NCBI GenBank assembly: GCA_964636285.1
Contig: CAZWQF010000003.1
Span: 5,226-69,225 of the forward strand
Reading direction: 5' to 3'
DNA: 64,000 bases
DNA from: an uncultured Candidatus Saccharibacteria bacterium
Lineage (GTDB): Bacteria > Patescibacteriota > WWE3 > UBA101185 > 2-01-FULL-41-18
Positions 48,563 to 58,401 of this stretch are shown here, piece after piece; the first letter of the stretch is position 1, and each line of letters opens with the position of its first letter. The notes beneath the pieces were generated by a model, which made no database searches, was not told the DNA's origin, and saw only the letters and a program-made list of their open reading frames with translations. Made by a program: the position numbers and the translations under genes.

Positions 48563-49588
48563 TTGATTAATCCGATGACACAAACTAAAAATATTCTTGA
48601 AAAACTAAATTCGGGATTTATGAAAAGAGGTTTAAACAAACTGGAGTCAGAATTAATTTCAGAACATTTAGTGCGAGCAGAATTGATGGGCAAAAGAGCG
48701 CACGGGATAATGAAGGCTTTCATGATGGATGACGCCATTTCAGCTAGGGAGGGCAAGCCTGAAATAATTAAAGACAAACATAATTATGCAAAAATCGACG
48801 CCCATAAAGAACTTGGAATTTTATCCGCGGATTTTGCGGTTAAAGTGCTACTTAATAAGGCATCTAAATTTGATAATGCCGTAGTAGCCACTATTAATTC
48901 GTATTATTACACTATAGCCGGAATTTATGCCAAACAAATTGCAGATGCAGGTTATGTGGGAATTGTTCTTAATAATGGGGGACCTGCCACAATTGCCCCG
49001 TACGGTGGAATTGATTGTTTATTCGGAACAAATCCCGTTGCTATTGGTATACCATATTCTAAGGGCTCAATTGTCCTTGATATGACAACTGGAGAAAGGC
49101 CATGGAGCGATGTGATACTAGCTAAAGCAGAAAATAGAAAACTTGAGGAGGGGCCGTTTTTAGACTCTCAAGGGAAAGTAACGACAGACCCATCAACTGT
49201 AAATGCAATAATACCTTTTGGAGGGTATAAAGGAGCAGGGCTTAATTTTATGTTCGAAATTTTAACAGGGGCATTTGTAAGCGCAAAAATGGGGCTAAGG
49301 TCAGTTGATGGTTATGATCTTGGATTTTTATTTATGGCATTTTCGCCTGAAATGTTTTCAACTAAAGAGAGGTTTGATGTGGAGGTAGGGGAACTTGTAC
49401 TTCAGATTAAAAGCTCAAGAAAAATGAAGGGGGTTAACGAGATATTTCTGCCAGGGGAGAGTTCGGAAAGAAAATATAAGAAAAGTATGGAGCTTGGAGA
49501 AGTTGAGGTAAGTCAGGAGATTCTTGCAAAGCTTGAGGAGTTTGAAGCAGGAGAAAATCTTAAAGAAAAATATAGCTTTAAAGAGTGA
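48563..49588 (+). CDS. Ldh_2 (type-2 malate/L-lactate dehydrogenase family) oxidoreductase
   Basis: AELMG..AHG, GTNPVAIG, LDMTT, PFGGYKGAGL, LPGE. Confidence 0.9.
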   Translation: MINPMTQTKNILEKLNSGFMKRGLNKLESELISEHLVRAELMGKRAHGIMKAFMMDDAISAREGKPEIIKDKHNYAKIDAHKELGILSADFAVKVLLNKASKFDNAVVATINSYYYTIAGIYAKQIADAGYVGIVLNNGGPATIAPYGGIDCLFGTNPVAIGIPYSKGSIVLDMTTGERPWSDVILAKAENRKLEEGPFLDSQGKVTTDPSTVNAIIPFGGYKGAGLNFMFEILTGAFVSAKMGLRSVDGYDLGFLFMAFSPEMFSTKERFDVEVGELVLQIKSSRKMKGVNEIFLPGESSERKYKKSMELGEVEVSQEILAKLEEFEAGENLKEKYSFKE

Positions 49589-49676
49589 TCGATTAACTCC
49601 AGCCAAATCTTCTAATAAGTGTTAAAATCTGCGTTAACATTTTAAGTACGCTATAGTCAAAGGAAAGCTCAAACTC

Positions 49677-50042
49677 ATGAGCAATACACCAACATTCACA
49701 ATTGGCCAGTACCTAGCATGGTTTAAACAGCCTTACGAGATCAGGCTGGATTCTCAGTCTCAAAGAGCTCTAGGAAGCAAAACCTTACCCGATGGCGTGA
49801 GAGTAGGAATTATCACTACGCTGGAAACGGCATTTGAACGCGGGGTTTCAGAGAACCTTAGCATAACAGAATTCTTAAGACACCCTCTATTTCCAGAGTG
49901 CATTCTGGTAATTCAAGACCAAAATGTTCAAGGGTTTGCAAGACTAACCTTTGTGCTGATGGGTCAGCTTAAGAAAAAATGGGACAGGACAAAGATTGAG
50001 GCAAGAGAAAAAGATACTGGAAGGTGGATGAGCGATAAATAG
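49677..50042 (+). CDS. Orphan protein (121 aa)
   Basis: AAGGA SD and its own terminator. Confidence 0.65.
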   Translation: MSNTPTFTIGQYLAWFKQPYEIRLDSQSQRALGSKTLPDGVRVGIITTLETAFERGVSENLSITEFLRHPLFPECILVIQDQNVQGFARLTFVLMGQLKKKWDRTKIEAREKDTGRWMSDK

Positions 50043-50049
50043 CGCTTAT

Positions 50050-50085
50050 AGCGCCGTTTGACTTAACATCAGACGGCGTTTTTTT
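50050..50085 (+). terminator. Intrinsic terminator
   Basis: GCGCCGTTTGA / TCAGACGGCGT stem followed by a T-run. Confidence 0.8.
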
Positions 50086-50240
50086 TATTTTAGAACAGTT
50101 ATATTCGAAGAGGTCTACAAGGGTTTGTGAACTCCTTGGCTCAGTAAGAAGAGTATTTGTGGCTGAATGATACCGCAGTAGCTTTGCTAGCAAAAGCGTA
50201 CTGGAAGTTATTCCTTTTTTCATTTACAATCTCTATGTTT

Positions 50241-50316
50241 GCGCCCGTAGCTCAACGGATAGAGCAGTTCCCTTCTAAGGAAAAGGTTGCAGGTTCGATT
50301 CCTACCGGGCGCACCA
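50241..50316 (+). tRNA. tRNA-Arg(TCT)
   Basis: GCGCCCG/CGGGCGC acceptor, loop ct-TCT-aa, GTTCGATTC, CCA. Confidence 0.93.
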
Positions 50317-50350
50317 TAAAAGTCTTACCTGCAGCTCGCATGCTATGTAT

Positions 50351-50439
50351 GCCGAGGTGGTGGAACTGGCAGACACCCGAGACTTAAAATCTCGTGCCTA
50401 GCAATAGGCGTGCGGGTTCGATTCCCGCCCTCGGCACCA
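50351..50439 (+). tRNA. tRNA-Leu(TAA)
   Basis: GCCGAGG/CCTCGGC acceptor, CGAGA-ct-TAA-aa-TCTCG, long variable arm, CCA. Confidence 0.97.
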
Positions 50440-50461
50440 AAAATTAAGGTATAATTGATTC

Positions 50462-51166
50462 GTGCTTTTTGGATTCTCAAAAAAAATTAAGGTCATCCTC
50501 TTTGTACTTTTACTTCTCATCACAGTTGGAGCAGGTAATAATATTGCAAAATCCATAAATACGAACGTTGCAAAACTACCAAAGGAGCTTGAAACCCAGC
50601 ATAAGTTCTTAAAATGGATTAACAGGTGGAAGGAAAGATTTCCTCAAATTGGAGCCGATTCGTTTAAAGCAGTTGATGACGGAGAAATATTCTCGTCCAC
50701 AAACCCTAGATTTACATACGAAGCTTTCAATCAAGAAAGAGTAGCGCAAGAAGTTAAAACAGCTGACGAATTAGATTCAAAGTATATAGTTATTGCTCCT
50801 GACAAACTTCAATTTGTGGATTTTAGGAGGTATTTTTTGGAAACAAAGGAGGCCTCATCTTCATATGTCTATTACTATGGAAAAAGGCAGAATGATACAA
50901 CAATTTTTGGCCCATTGTTTGAATGCAAAAGAACCAATTGCTGGTTTGATAGAGTTTTTTTTGAAAATCCTGATTTAGCGTATATTCCAGAGGTAAGAGA
51001 AAAGATTTATGCTGAAGAGCCTGATAGATGCTTACTTAAAAAAATATGTTCATACGAACTATATCTTCACGAATTTGATTTTAAGAAAAATAAAAGAACA
51101 AGCTATGTATCAGATCAGCTCTTAACAGATTTTGAAAAGATTCAAAAAACTCTTGAGGATTATTAA
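50462..51166 (+). CDS. Exported hypothetical protein
   Basis: N-terminal TM/signal; GTG lies 6 nt after TATAAT. Confidence 0.65.
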   Translation: MLFGFSKKIKVILFVLLLLITVGAGNNIAKSINTNVAKLPKELETQHKFLKWINRWKERFPQIGADSFKAVDDGEIFSSTNPRFTYEAFNQERVAQEVKTADELDSKYIVIAPDKLQFVDFRRYFLETKEASSSYVYYYGKRQNDTTIFGPLFECKRTNCWFDRVFFENPDLAYIPEVREKIYAEEPDRCLLKKICSYELYLHEFDFKKNKRTSYVSDQLLTDFEKIQKTLEDY

Positions 51167-52326
51167 AAAATAGTTTCCAAAAGTAGATAATATTTATAGT
51201 TAAATCCAAGTTCTAAAATGTCATTAAATGTAAGTGAAGATAGTTGGTTTGCAACAATATCGCGAGCAAAGTCAAAAGGGAAATGATAGAAAAGGTTTGC
51301 AAAAATTCTTGAAGTTTTCCAGCTATTTCCAACATATTTGTTTACTGCGTTATTGTAATCAGTAAGATCATAGATATTTTGGTCATATGCTTCCTTTATT
51401 GCCTTGGCACACATTCTACCAGTCTCTAAAGCGTGCCTTATACCTTCCGCAAACATAGGATTACACATATTTATTGCATCCCCAGTTAACGCATAACCTC
51501 CAACAGAAGGAACTGGCCTTCCTGAGGTCAAGAATAGAGTCCCACCGTGCCTCTCCAAGATCTCATATTCGGTACCAATAACTGTTTTTGTGAATGCCTC
51601 AAGTTCAGAATTAAGACTATTTCCAGTAAGATGTGAATCAACATTATTACTATTTACATCATATTTTATTACTCCAACCTTATAAATACCTTCGCCAAAA
51701 GGGAACACCCACCCATAACCGTGTTGAAAATATTTTTTGCCAACATGAATTGTTAAATTATTTTTATAAAATTCCGGAACTTTTCCTTTGATGATTATTT
51801 CCTCTCCAACGGTTTTATTGGATTTAACATTCTTTTTAATCCCTATTTTTGAACTAAGTGACGTGTCGTGGGAAGTACCATCTACAACAAAGCTAGATGT
51901 GATTGTTTTAACCTCAGAGTCTTTTGTATAAGTGATTTGGTATTTTTTTCTTTCATCTATTTTTATGTCTGAAGCATGTGCTCCGTAAATTACTTCGCCT
52001 CCAGCATTTATTATCTTTTCCGAAATTGAATTTTTGAATTTTCTAAAGTCTAGTACATACCCGCCCTTTTTTTGGCCTTTGAAAAGTGCTGTTTTTCTTG
52101 TGGAAAGAAAAGCTATTTTGTCAAAATAATCGACTACACATGAATCTTCGATCTCAAACTTGTCTTTTGTGAAGTAGGGGATGCCACATGTTGAGTAATT
52201 TGGGTCACCAGGGGACTCAACTCTTTCTAGAACTACAACTTTGAGTCCTGACTTAACAAGATCTAGGGCACACTGAAGTCCAGACGGACCTCCTCCAACT
52301 ACAACAACATCGCAGGTTTCTAGCAT
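51163..52326 (-). CDS. FAD-dependent oxidoreductase, geranylgeranyl reductase family
   Basis: VVGGGPSG, GYGWVFP, GDA....NP..AEGI..A. Confidence 0.88.
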   Translation of the reverse strand: MLETCDVVVVGGGPSGLQCALDLVKSGLKVVVLERVESPGDPNYSTCGIPYFTKDKFEIEDSCVVDYFDKIAFLSTRKTALFKGQKKGGYVLDFRKFKNSISEKIINAGGEVIYGAHASDIKIDERKKYQITYTKDSEVKTITSSFVVDGTSHDTSLSSKIGIKKNVKSNKTVGEEIIIKGKVPEFYKNNLTIHVGKKYFQHGYGWVFPFGEGIYKVGVIKYDVNSNNVDSHLTGNSLNSELEAFTKTVIGTEYEILERHGGTLFLTSGRPVPSVGGYALTGDAINMCNPMFAEGIRHALETGRMCAKAIKEAYDQNIYDLTDYNNAVNKYVGNSWKTSRIFANLFYHFPFDFARDIVANQLSSLTFNDILELGFNYKYYLLLETIF

Positions 52327-52382
52327 ATGTATCTATACTACTCGTGTTAAGAGATGAATTTCAAGAAGCTGAAGAGGTCTAT

Positions 52383-52459
52383 TGGTCGGGGTAAGAGGAC
52401 TCGAACCTCTGACTTCTACGTCCCAAACGTAGCGCTCTAGCCAACTGAGCTATACCCCG
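52383..52459 (-). tRNA. tRNA-Pro(TGG), canonical
   Basis: Reverse complement: CGGGGTA/TACCCCG acceptor, CTACG-tt-TGG-ga-CGTAG, GTTCGAGTC, ACCA. Confidence 0.97.
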
Positions 52460-52489
52460 AAACAAGCAAAAGAATTCTAGCACAGTAAG

Positions 52490-53530
52490 CTACTTTTTTG
52501 TAAATTTGGCTATAAAAAAGCCTTCAAATGTGCCGTTTGGCATGATTCGTGCGGTTTTTTCTACCCTTGAATCAAAGCAATACTGTTTATAAGTTTTGAA
52601 GGGTTCAAGCATGGAGACAGACCGTTGTGATGCACCCTCTAACTTTAAAGCAAGCTCGCAAATTTCAATTTCCGGAACTTTACTTAAGAGCCAATCAACA
52701 ACTGCTTCGTTTTCCATTGGGTTATATGTACATGTTGAATAAACTAATGTCCCACCTGGTTTTAACATTCTAGCTCCAGTGATCAAAACTCCTTTTTGCA
52801 CTCTTGAAAGATCCTTGTATTTTTTTGGGTTCCAAAACTCCAAACTTTTTCTGTCGGATAAATTGAATCTTGATTCGTTTGTGCAAGGTGCGTCCACTAA
52901 AACCGAATCAAAGAAATTTATATATTCGGGGTATTTTTTATCAAGCCCTATAGAATCTGATAAAAATAACCTTTTAATATCAACTCCGTTGTCTTCCAAA
53001 TTGGCTTTTAACGAAAAGAATCTAGGCTTAAACTTCTCAACAGCAAAAACGTTTGCCTTGTTTTCTGTAACCGAAGCAATCATGGTTGTCTTACTACCAG
53101 GAGCTGCGCAGACATCAAGTATTGAGGTTTCAGCCTTTGGTGAAAGTTCAAACACAGAAAGCATGCTTGAAGGGTTTTGAATGTAAATTTCATGTTCAAG
53201 AAATTCTTTGGTCTTTGAGAGTATGAGTCCGCCTTGCCCCTCTCTTTTACTTAGCACATAAAATGCATAAACCTCATTTACTGACTCTTCTATTGTCACT
53301 ACTTGGACACCGTTTTTTTCCAAAAAGTACGGCTCAAAGTCAAAGCCTTGTGCAATTACGTTATGGAGTAAGGTTAGTCTTTCCTGAGCTGTTTTAACCT
53401 TAAGGTAATTGATTCTGAAGCTCAGAAGCGAATCTTTAGACATGGATGTAGCAATACATACCCCTTCGTCACCAAAGAGTTCATTCAAATAGGCCTTAAA
53501 AAGTTGTACCCGATCAATCTGAGCTTTCAC
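52490..53530 (-). CDS. RsmB/RsmF/NOP2 family RNA m5C methyltransferase
   Basis: IQNPSSM, DVCAAPGSKT, DAPC, YSTCT, ENE, GFFIA. Confidence 0.92.
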   Translation of the reverse strand: MKAQIDRVQLFKAYLNELFGDEGVCIATSMSKDSLLSFRINYLKVKTAQERLTLLHNVIAQGFDFEPYFLEKNGVQVVTIEESVNEVYAFYVLSKREGQGGLILSKTKEFLEHEIYIQNPSSMLSVFELSPKAETSILDVCAAPGSKTTMIASVTENKANVFAVEKFKPRFFSLKANLEDNGVDIKRLFLSDSIGLDKKYPEYINFFDSVLVDAPCTNESRFNLSDRKSLEFWNPKKYKDLSRVQKGVLITGARMLKPGGTLVYSTCTYNPMENEAVVDWLLSKVPEIEICELALKLEGASQRSVSMLEPFKTYKQYCFDSRVEKTARIMPNGTFEGFFIAKFTKK

Positions 53531-53642
53531 AAAAGCATTATATGATACGAATTGAAACTTAGCATTTAATCAGAGCTACCTGGTTCTCTTTGTTTAAACA
53601 GTCAGTGAGGTATAATAAAGTAAATAAACAGAAAGTAACTTT

Positions 53643-54077
53643 ATGATGTTTGAAATTTTCTTAATCATTTGTGGATTAATAATTGGCCTTGGAGCAGTGA
53701 CAGTAATAGACATACACGGATTCTTAGGACAAAAATCCAAGTACTGGACAGAAGCTACAACTAGAACTCATAAAGTTACTAAACCTCTTATCTGGATTGG
53801 AACAATTGTATATTTTATAGGAGCAATACTTTTCTATTCAAGACTTCATAGTTTTCTGGTACTTCCCATTACGGGAATGTTTATTCTCATGACGGTAAAT
53901 GGACTTTTTTTATCATTCTATGTAAGTCCACGTTTGTTAAAAAGGGAACAGGAGGGAAAAGCATCAGAATTACTAGATAGTTCTATGCAAATCAAAATTA
54001 AGATAAGCTTTATCTGTTCGTTTTTACTTTGGTGGAGTCAGGTAATTTTATTTGCTTATAAGATTTCAGGTAATTAA
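53643..54077 (+). CDS. Four-TM membrane protein
   Basis: GLGAVTVID.HG, HKVTKPLIW, NG.FLSFYVSP. Coupled to the photolyase start (TAATG). Confidence 0.7.
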   Translation: MMFEIFLIICGLIIGLGAVTVIDIHGFLGQKSKYWTEATTRTHKVTKPLIWIGTIVYFIGAILFYSRLHSFLVLPITGMFILMTVNGLFLSFYVSPRLLKREQEGKASELLDSSMQIKIKISFICSFLLWWSQVILFAYKISGN

Positions 54078-55339
54078 TGTTTTTTGACGAAGCAAGAGCC
54101 AGAAAACTAAATGACAAAGAAGTATCAAATGAAGGGCAGGTTATCTACTGGATGAGTAGAGATCAAAGAGTTCATGGAAATTGGGCACTGAATAAAAGTA
54201 TAAATCTTTCTAAGGAGCTAAGCAGAGAGCTAACAGTTATTTTTTGTAAAACTTCAAACTTTTTAAATGCTCAGAGCTCACAATTTGATTTTATGGAAAA
54301 AGGCCTCCTTGAAGTTAAGGAAAACTTTAAAGAACTTGGAATTAATTTTGAGATTCTAATTGGAAATCCAGATCAAGAAGTTATTAAGTACCAGGAAGCA
54401 AATAAAGCATCGGTAATTGTGACCGACTTCTCACCACTCAAAATTGGAAGGGAATGGAGAAAAAAAGTTGCAAAAGAGGTAACCTGCCAAGTGCTAGAAG
54501 TAGATGCTCATAATATTATCCCAGCATTTTATGTATCAGATAAGCTTGAATACGGGGCATATACACTAAGACCAAAGATTCGTAAGCTGTTAGAAAGATT
54601 TTTTACCAAAATTCCTGAATTTCCAATAAAAAATAATTCTGAAGCAAATTCGGTTTTAAAAAATTTCCTTAACGAGAAACTAGCTCAATACGCTGATAAC
54701 AGAAACCTCCCAGAAATGTCTGCCCAGTCCAACCTCTCGGCATATATCCACTTTGGAAATATTTCATCACAGGAAATTGCTTTAGTGGCTAACAAACTTG
54801 TAAAAAATAAGCCTGAGTTGAAAGAATCATTTGATGCTTTTTTTGAACAGCTAGTTGTAAGAAAAGAGCTTGCCGATAACTTTTGTTTGTACAACCAAAA
54901 CTATGATTCATTTGAAGGGTTTAATACCTGGGCAAAAATATCATTACTTAAACACCAAAGCGACCATAGGGAACCTATTTATTCTCTTGAAGAATTTGAA
55001 AATGCAAAAACACACGATGACCTTTGGAATGCTGGGCAGTGTGAGATGGCTAAAACGGGAAAAATGCACGGATATATGAGAATGTACTGGGCAAAGAAAA
55101 TCCTTGAATGGACTAAAGATCCTAGAGAAGCAATGAGCGTTGCAGTTTATTTAAATGACAAGTATGAACTAGATGGTAGAGATCCAAATGGATACGCAGG
55201 AATTGCTTGGGCAATTGGGGGAACGCATGACAGGCCATGGTTTGAGAGACCAATTTATGGACAAATCAGATATATGAATAGAGGAGGCTGTGATAAGAAA
55301 TTCGATACAAAATCCTATATCAATAAGTTTTTGAACTAA
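54077..55339 (+). CDS. phr: Class II CPD DNA photolyase
   Basis: YWMSRDQR, DAHNIIP, ELADNF, GKMHGYMRMYWAKKILEW, DGRDPNGY. Confidence 0.95.
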   Translation: MFFDEARARKLNDKEVSNEGQVIYWMSRDQRVHGNWALNKSINLSKELSRELTVIFCKTSNFLNAQSSQFDFMEKGLLEVKENFKELGINFEILIGNPDQEVIKYQEANKASVIVTDFSPLKIGREWRKKVAKEVTCQVLEVDAHNIIPAFYVSDKLEYGAYTLRPKIRKLLERFFTKIPEFPIKNNSEANSVLKNFLNEKLAQYADNRNLPEMSAQSNLSAYIHFGNISSQEIALVANKLVKNKPELKESFDAFFEQLVVRKELADNFCLYNQNYDSFEGFNTWAKISLLKHQSDHREPIYSLEEFENAKTHDDLWNAGQCEMAKTGKMHGYMRMYWAKKILEWTKDPREAMSVAVYLNDKYELDGRDPNGYAGIAWAIGGTHDRPWFERPIYGQIRYMNRGGCDKKFDTKSYINKFLN

Positions 55340-55363
55340 CTCTTTTAATGATAAAATGCTTGA

Positions 55364-56065
55364 ATGTTTCCACTTAAAGATAGCCAACCCTCAGGAACTT
55401 TCCCAATTATTACAATTCTTTTAATTGCATCTTGTGCGGTTGTTCTTTTTTTGCAATTAACAGTTCAAGACCCTGAGGCATTTATCCTCAAGTGGGCACT
55501 TGTTCCAAACAAAGTTAACTTTTTTGATTTAACAACACTTGTCCCATTTTTTACAAGTATGTTCATGCATGGTGGATTGATGCATTTTGCATCAAATATG
55601 TGGTACTTGTGGATTTTTGGAGATAACGTTGAAGGAGCTCTTGGTAAAGTTAAGTTTCTTCTCTTCTATATTGGGGCAGGACTCTTTGCAGGCCTTGCAC
55701 AATATGTTCTTGTCTTAAACAGTAGTATTCCCAATCTAGGGGCAAGCGGAGCAATAGCAGGAGTCCTAGGTTTTTACCTAGTAAACTTTAATAAAAGCAC
55801 AGTAAAAACGATCATCCCGTATCCGTACTTAACTATCACAGAACTCCCTTCGACTTTTATATTATCTACCTGGTTCTTTTTACAACTTTTAAGTGGTGCA
55901 GCAAGCTTACCTTTTGCTGGTGAGTCGGGAGGAGTAGCCTGGTGGGCTCATATTGGAGGGTTTGCATTTGGCTATTTGGTAGGACAGCTCTACAAACGAA
56001 CAAGAAGAATCCAAGAAGTAACACCATTTGATAGGTTTGTGAATTTTCAGAACCCTAGATTCTAG
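55364..56065 (+). CDS. Rhomboid intramembrane serine protease
   Basis: SMFMHGG..H...NM, GASG, AWWAHIGG. Confidence 0.95.
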   Translation: MFPLKDSQPSGTFPIITILLIASCAVVLFLQLTVQDPEAFILKWALVPNKVNFFDLTTLVPFFTSMFMHGGLMHFASNMWYLWIFGDNVEGALGKVKFLLFYIGAGLFAGLAQYVLVLNSSIPNLGASGAIAGVLGFYLVNFNKSTVKTIIPYPYLTITELPSTFILSTWFFLQLLSGAASLPFAGESGGVAWWAHIGGFAFGYLVGQLYKRTRRIQEVTPFDRFVNFQNPRF

Positions 56066-56112
56066 CCAAAAGTGGAAATTGCGCTAAGGTTCTGATATGA
56101 TTATTTCATTCA

Positions 56113-56784
56113 ATGAAACTGCTCAGAAATAAACCACTTATACTTGTAATTTGGATGCTTTCCACGTATGTAGTAACTGCAGCATCCCTTTTATATTTAA
56201 TCTCACGAAATCAAAAAACTGAAGATATAGTGTACTCCGTATTTGAAGCCAAACCTCCTGTAAGCATCACGGCGGAGGATTCGTTGGAAGGGGAAGATAC
56301 AAGAGCAGCAATAATTGATCAGTACTTTGCCAAGCACAAATGCCCAATGGCAGGCACAGGGAAACTTATGGTTGCAGCCGCAGATAAGTACGGCTTTGAT
56401 TATTGGTGGTTACCCGCAATTGCGTGGCAAGAGTCAACATGCGGAAAAGTAATGCCTAACAACTCATACAACGCATGGGGATATGGAATTTACGGCACAA
56501 AAGTCACAAGATTTGCAAGCTGGGATGAAGCCGTTGAAACAATTGCAAGAGATCTTTCTAAAAACTTTTTTGCTAAAGGACTTATTGAGCCTTGTGATGT
56601 GATGAAGAGGTACACACCTCCATCCAAGGGTAGTTGGTGTAAAGGCATAATTTTCTTTAGAGACGAAATGCTTAGCTTTAAGACTCCTGATGAAGGCACC
56701 AGGCCTGCTAAAAACATTCGAGAGTACCTTTTAAGTAAGGCAGAAGAGGAAGAAACAAAAGAAACTACAAAGTCTACTAAGTAA
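56113..56784 (+). CDS. Membrane-anchored lysozyme-like (glucosaminidase/transglycosylase) protein
   Basis: LPAIAWQESTCGK, NAWGYG, FASWDEA, RYTPPS..SW. Confidence 0.75.
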   Translation: MKLLRNKPLILVIWMLSTYVVTAASLLYLISRNQKTEDIVYSVFEAKPPVSITAEDSLEGEDTRAAIIDQYFAKHKCPMAGTGKLMVAAADKYGFDYWWLPAIAWQESTCGKVMPNNSYNAWGYGIYGTKVTRFASWDEAVETIARDLSKNFFAKGLIEPCDVMKRYTPPSKGSWCKGIIFFRDEMLSFKTPDEGTRPAKNIREYLLSKAEEEETKETTKSTK

Positions 56785-56838
56785 CCTAAAAACAAGAAAT
56801 TCAATATAAAATTATGATAATATAGGCATGTTTGGTTG

Positions 56839-56930
56839 GCCGGGATGGCGGAACTGGCAGACGCGTTGGGCTTAGAACCCAATGGAGCTTAAACAACTCC
56901 GTGGGAGTTCGATTCTCCCTTCCGGCACCA
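56839..56930 (+). tRNA. tRNA-Leu(TAG)
   Basis: GCCGGGA/TTCCGGC acceptor, TTGGG-ct-TAG-aa-CCCAA, long variable arm, CCA. Confidence 0.96.
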
Positions 56931-56937
56931 AATAAAT

Positions 56938-57357
56938 TTAAGCTAGGTCTAGTTCCCAGAGAGTGTTAGCAAACGACTTAATTCCACTATAAATCCAATA
57001 TAAGATTAAAAATACTTGGATACCCATGGCTATTTTGGTGTTGGTGTCTGTTCGTTCAGAAAGCAGTTGAAGATATGACCATGAAATTGTTGCGTAAGAA
57101 AAATAGATTGCCCCAGCTAACAGGAATAGTGAAATCAGCTTAAACATAAAGGGCTGATCAAGAAAGTTCTGTAGCAAAAAATCTATAAGAACTAGAAGGA
57201 TTGAGACCCCAAAAAGCCCCGACACCACATAAACTTGGGCCATAAATCCGATTTTGTTTAAGAAAAAAGCAATGAGGGTGTAAGGAAGCAGAATTAAAAA
57301 GACCTTAACAATAGGCTTTAGAGCTTCTTCCCATAATATGATCTGTTCTTCTGACAT
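56938..57357 (-). CDS. Four-TM hypothetical membrane protein
   Basis: Four hydrophobic segments. Confidence 0.6.
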   Translation of the reverse strand: MSEEQIILWEEALKPIVKVFLILLPYTLIAFFLNKIGFMAQVYVVSGLFGVSILLVLIDFLLQNFLDQPFMFKLISLFLLAGAIYFSYATISWSYLQLLSERTDTNTKIAMGIQVFLILYWIYSGIKSFANTLWELDLA

Positions 57358-57426
57358 ACAGGCTTATTATTTCACAAAGGCTCGTTAGTGTGAAGCTTAA
57401 AGCATTTATGCTAAAATATCGCGGTT

Positions 57427-58380
57427 ATGCAAACAAAAATAGAAAACGTTTCAAAAAACACAGTAAATCTTACAGTAACAGTCCCCGTTGAGAGCGTTAA
57501 GGAGGCTTACAACCATGTCTTAAAGCACTTTGCAGAGCATGCGGAAATTGCAGGCTTTAGAAAAGGCCAGGCTCCAATTGCAATGGTTGAAAAGAACGCA
57601 AAGCAGTCAGAATTAAATGGCGAAGTTGTAAACGAACTTCTCCAAAAATTCTACCCACAAGCCGTAAAAGAGCACCACTTAAGCCCAATCGGTAATCCAA
57701 AAGTAAGCATTAAAAGCTTTGATAAAGATCAGGCATTTGAGTTTGAGGCAAAAATTGCGCTTAAACCTGAGATCAAAATGGGGGACTACAGAAAAAAATT
57801 AAAGACAGCATGGGAAGAGAAAAATAAAAAGTTTAAGGAAGAAAAAGAGGCATCAGAGAAAAAAGCTAAGGAAAATGAGAAAACTGAAGAAAAGAGCGAC
57901 CAGGCCCACCACTCACATGCACACGCCCACGGAGACCATGTACATTTATCAATTGATGAGGTAATTGAGGCGATTGTGGCCGTCACTGAAGTTGAAATTT
58001 CAGAAGTGCTTATTGAAGACGAAGTGACCAGAATGCTATCTAGGCTTCTTCAGCAGGCTGAGACCCTAGGTTTAACTGTGGACCAGTACCTTTCGGCTCA
58101 AAATAAGACGATTGATGACCTTAGAAAAGAATTTGAGGGGCACGCAGACAGAAGCCTTAAAGGCGAATTTGCACTGTCAAAAGCAATTGAGCTTGAGCAA
58201 ATAAAAGTGGAGGACGAAGAAGTAACAGAGGCCATAAACGCGATAGGTGACGAAGAGGTCAGAAAAAGACTCCAGTCAGGCGTTGATAGATGGTATATTC
58301 TAAGTGTGCTGGCAAAGAACAAACTTATCAGCAAACTTGCTTCCGAGCTTGAACCAAAAGCTGAGGAAGTAAAGAAGTAA
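57427..58380 (+). CDS. tig: Trigger factor lacking the PPIase domain
   Basis: GFRKGQAP ribosome-binding motif and C-terminal chaperone domain; lies upstream of clpP. Confidence 0.9.
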   Translation: MQTKIENVSKNTVNLTVTVPVESVKEAYNHVLKHFAEHAEIAGFRKGQAPIAMVEKNAKQSELNGEVVNELLQKFYPQAVKEHHLSPIGNPKVSIKSFDKDQAFEFEAKIALKPEIKMGDYRKKLKTAWEEKNKKFKEEKEASEKKAKENEKTEEKSDQAHHSHAHAHGDHVHLSIDEVIEAIVAVTEVEISEVLIEDEVTRMLSRLLQQAETLGLTVDQYLSAQNKTIDDLRKEFEGHADRSLKGEFALSKAIELEQIKVEDEEVTEAINAIGDEEVRKRLQSGVDRWYILSVLAKNKLISKLASELEPKAEEVKK

Positions 58381-58401
58381 AGGCAGGTTAAAGGAGGTAA
58401 C

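Noticed and set aside
50157-50387. 76-aa ORF
   Set aside because: Reads through tRNA-Arg and tRNA-Leu.
56490-56882. 130-aa minus-strand ORF
   Set aside because: Antisense to tRNA-Leu and a real CDS.
57370-57393. TTCACA...TGTGAA inverted repeat near the tig promoter as a third CRP box
   Set aside because: Half-sites are in reversed order with the wrong spacing.
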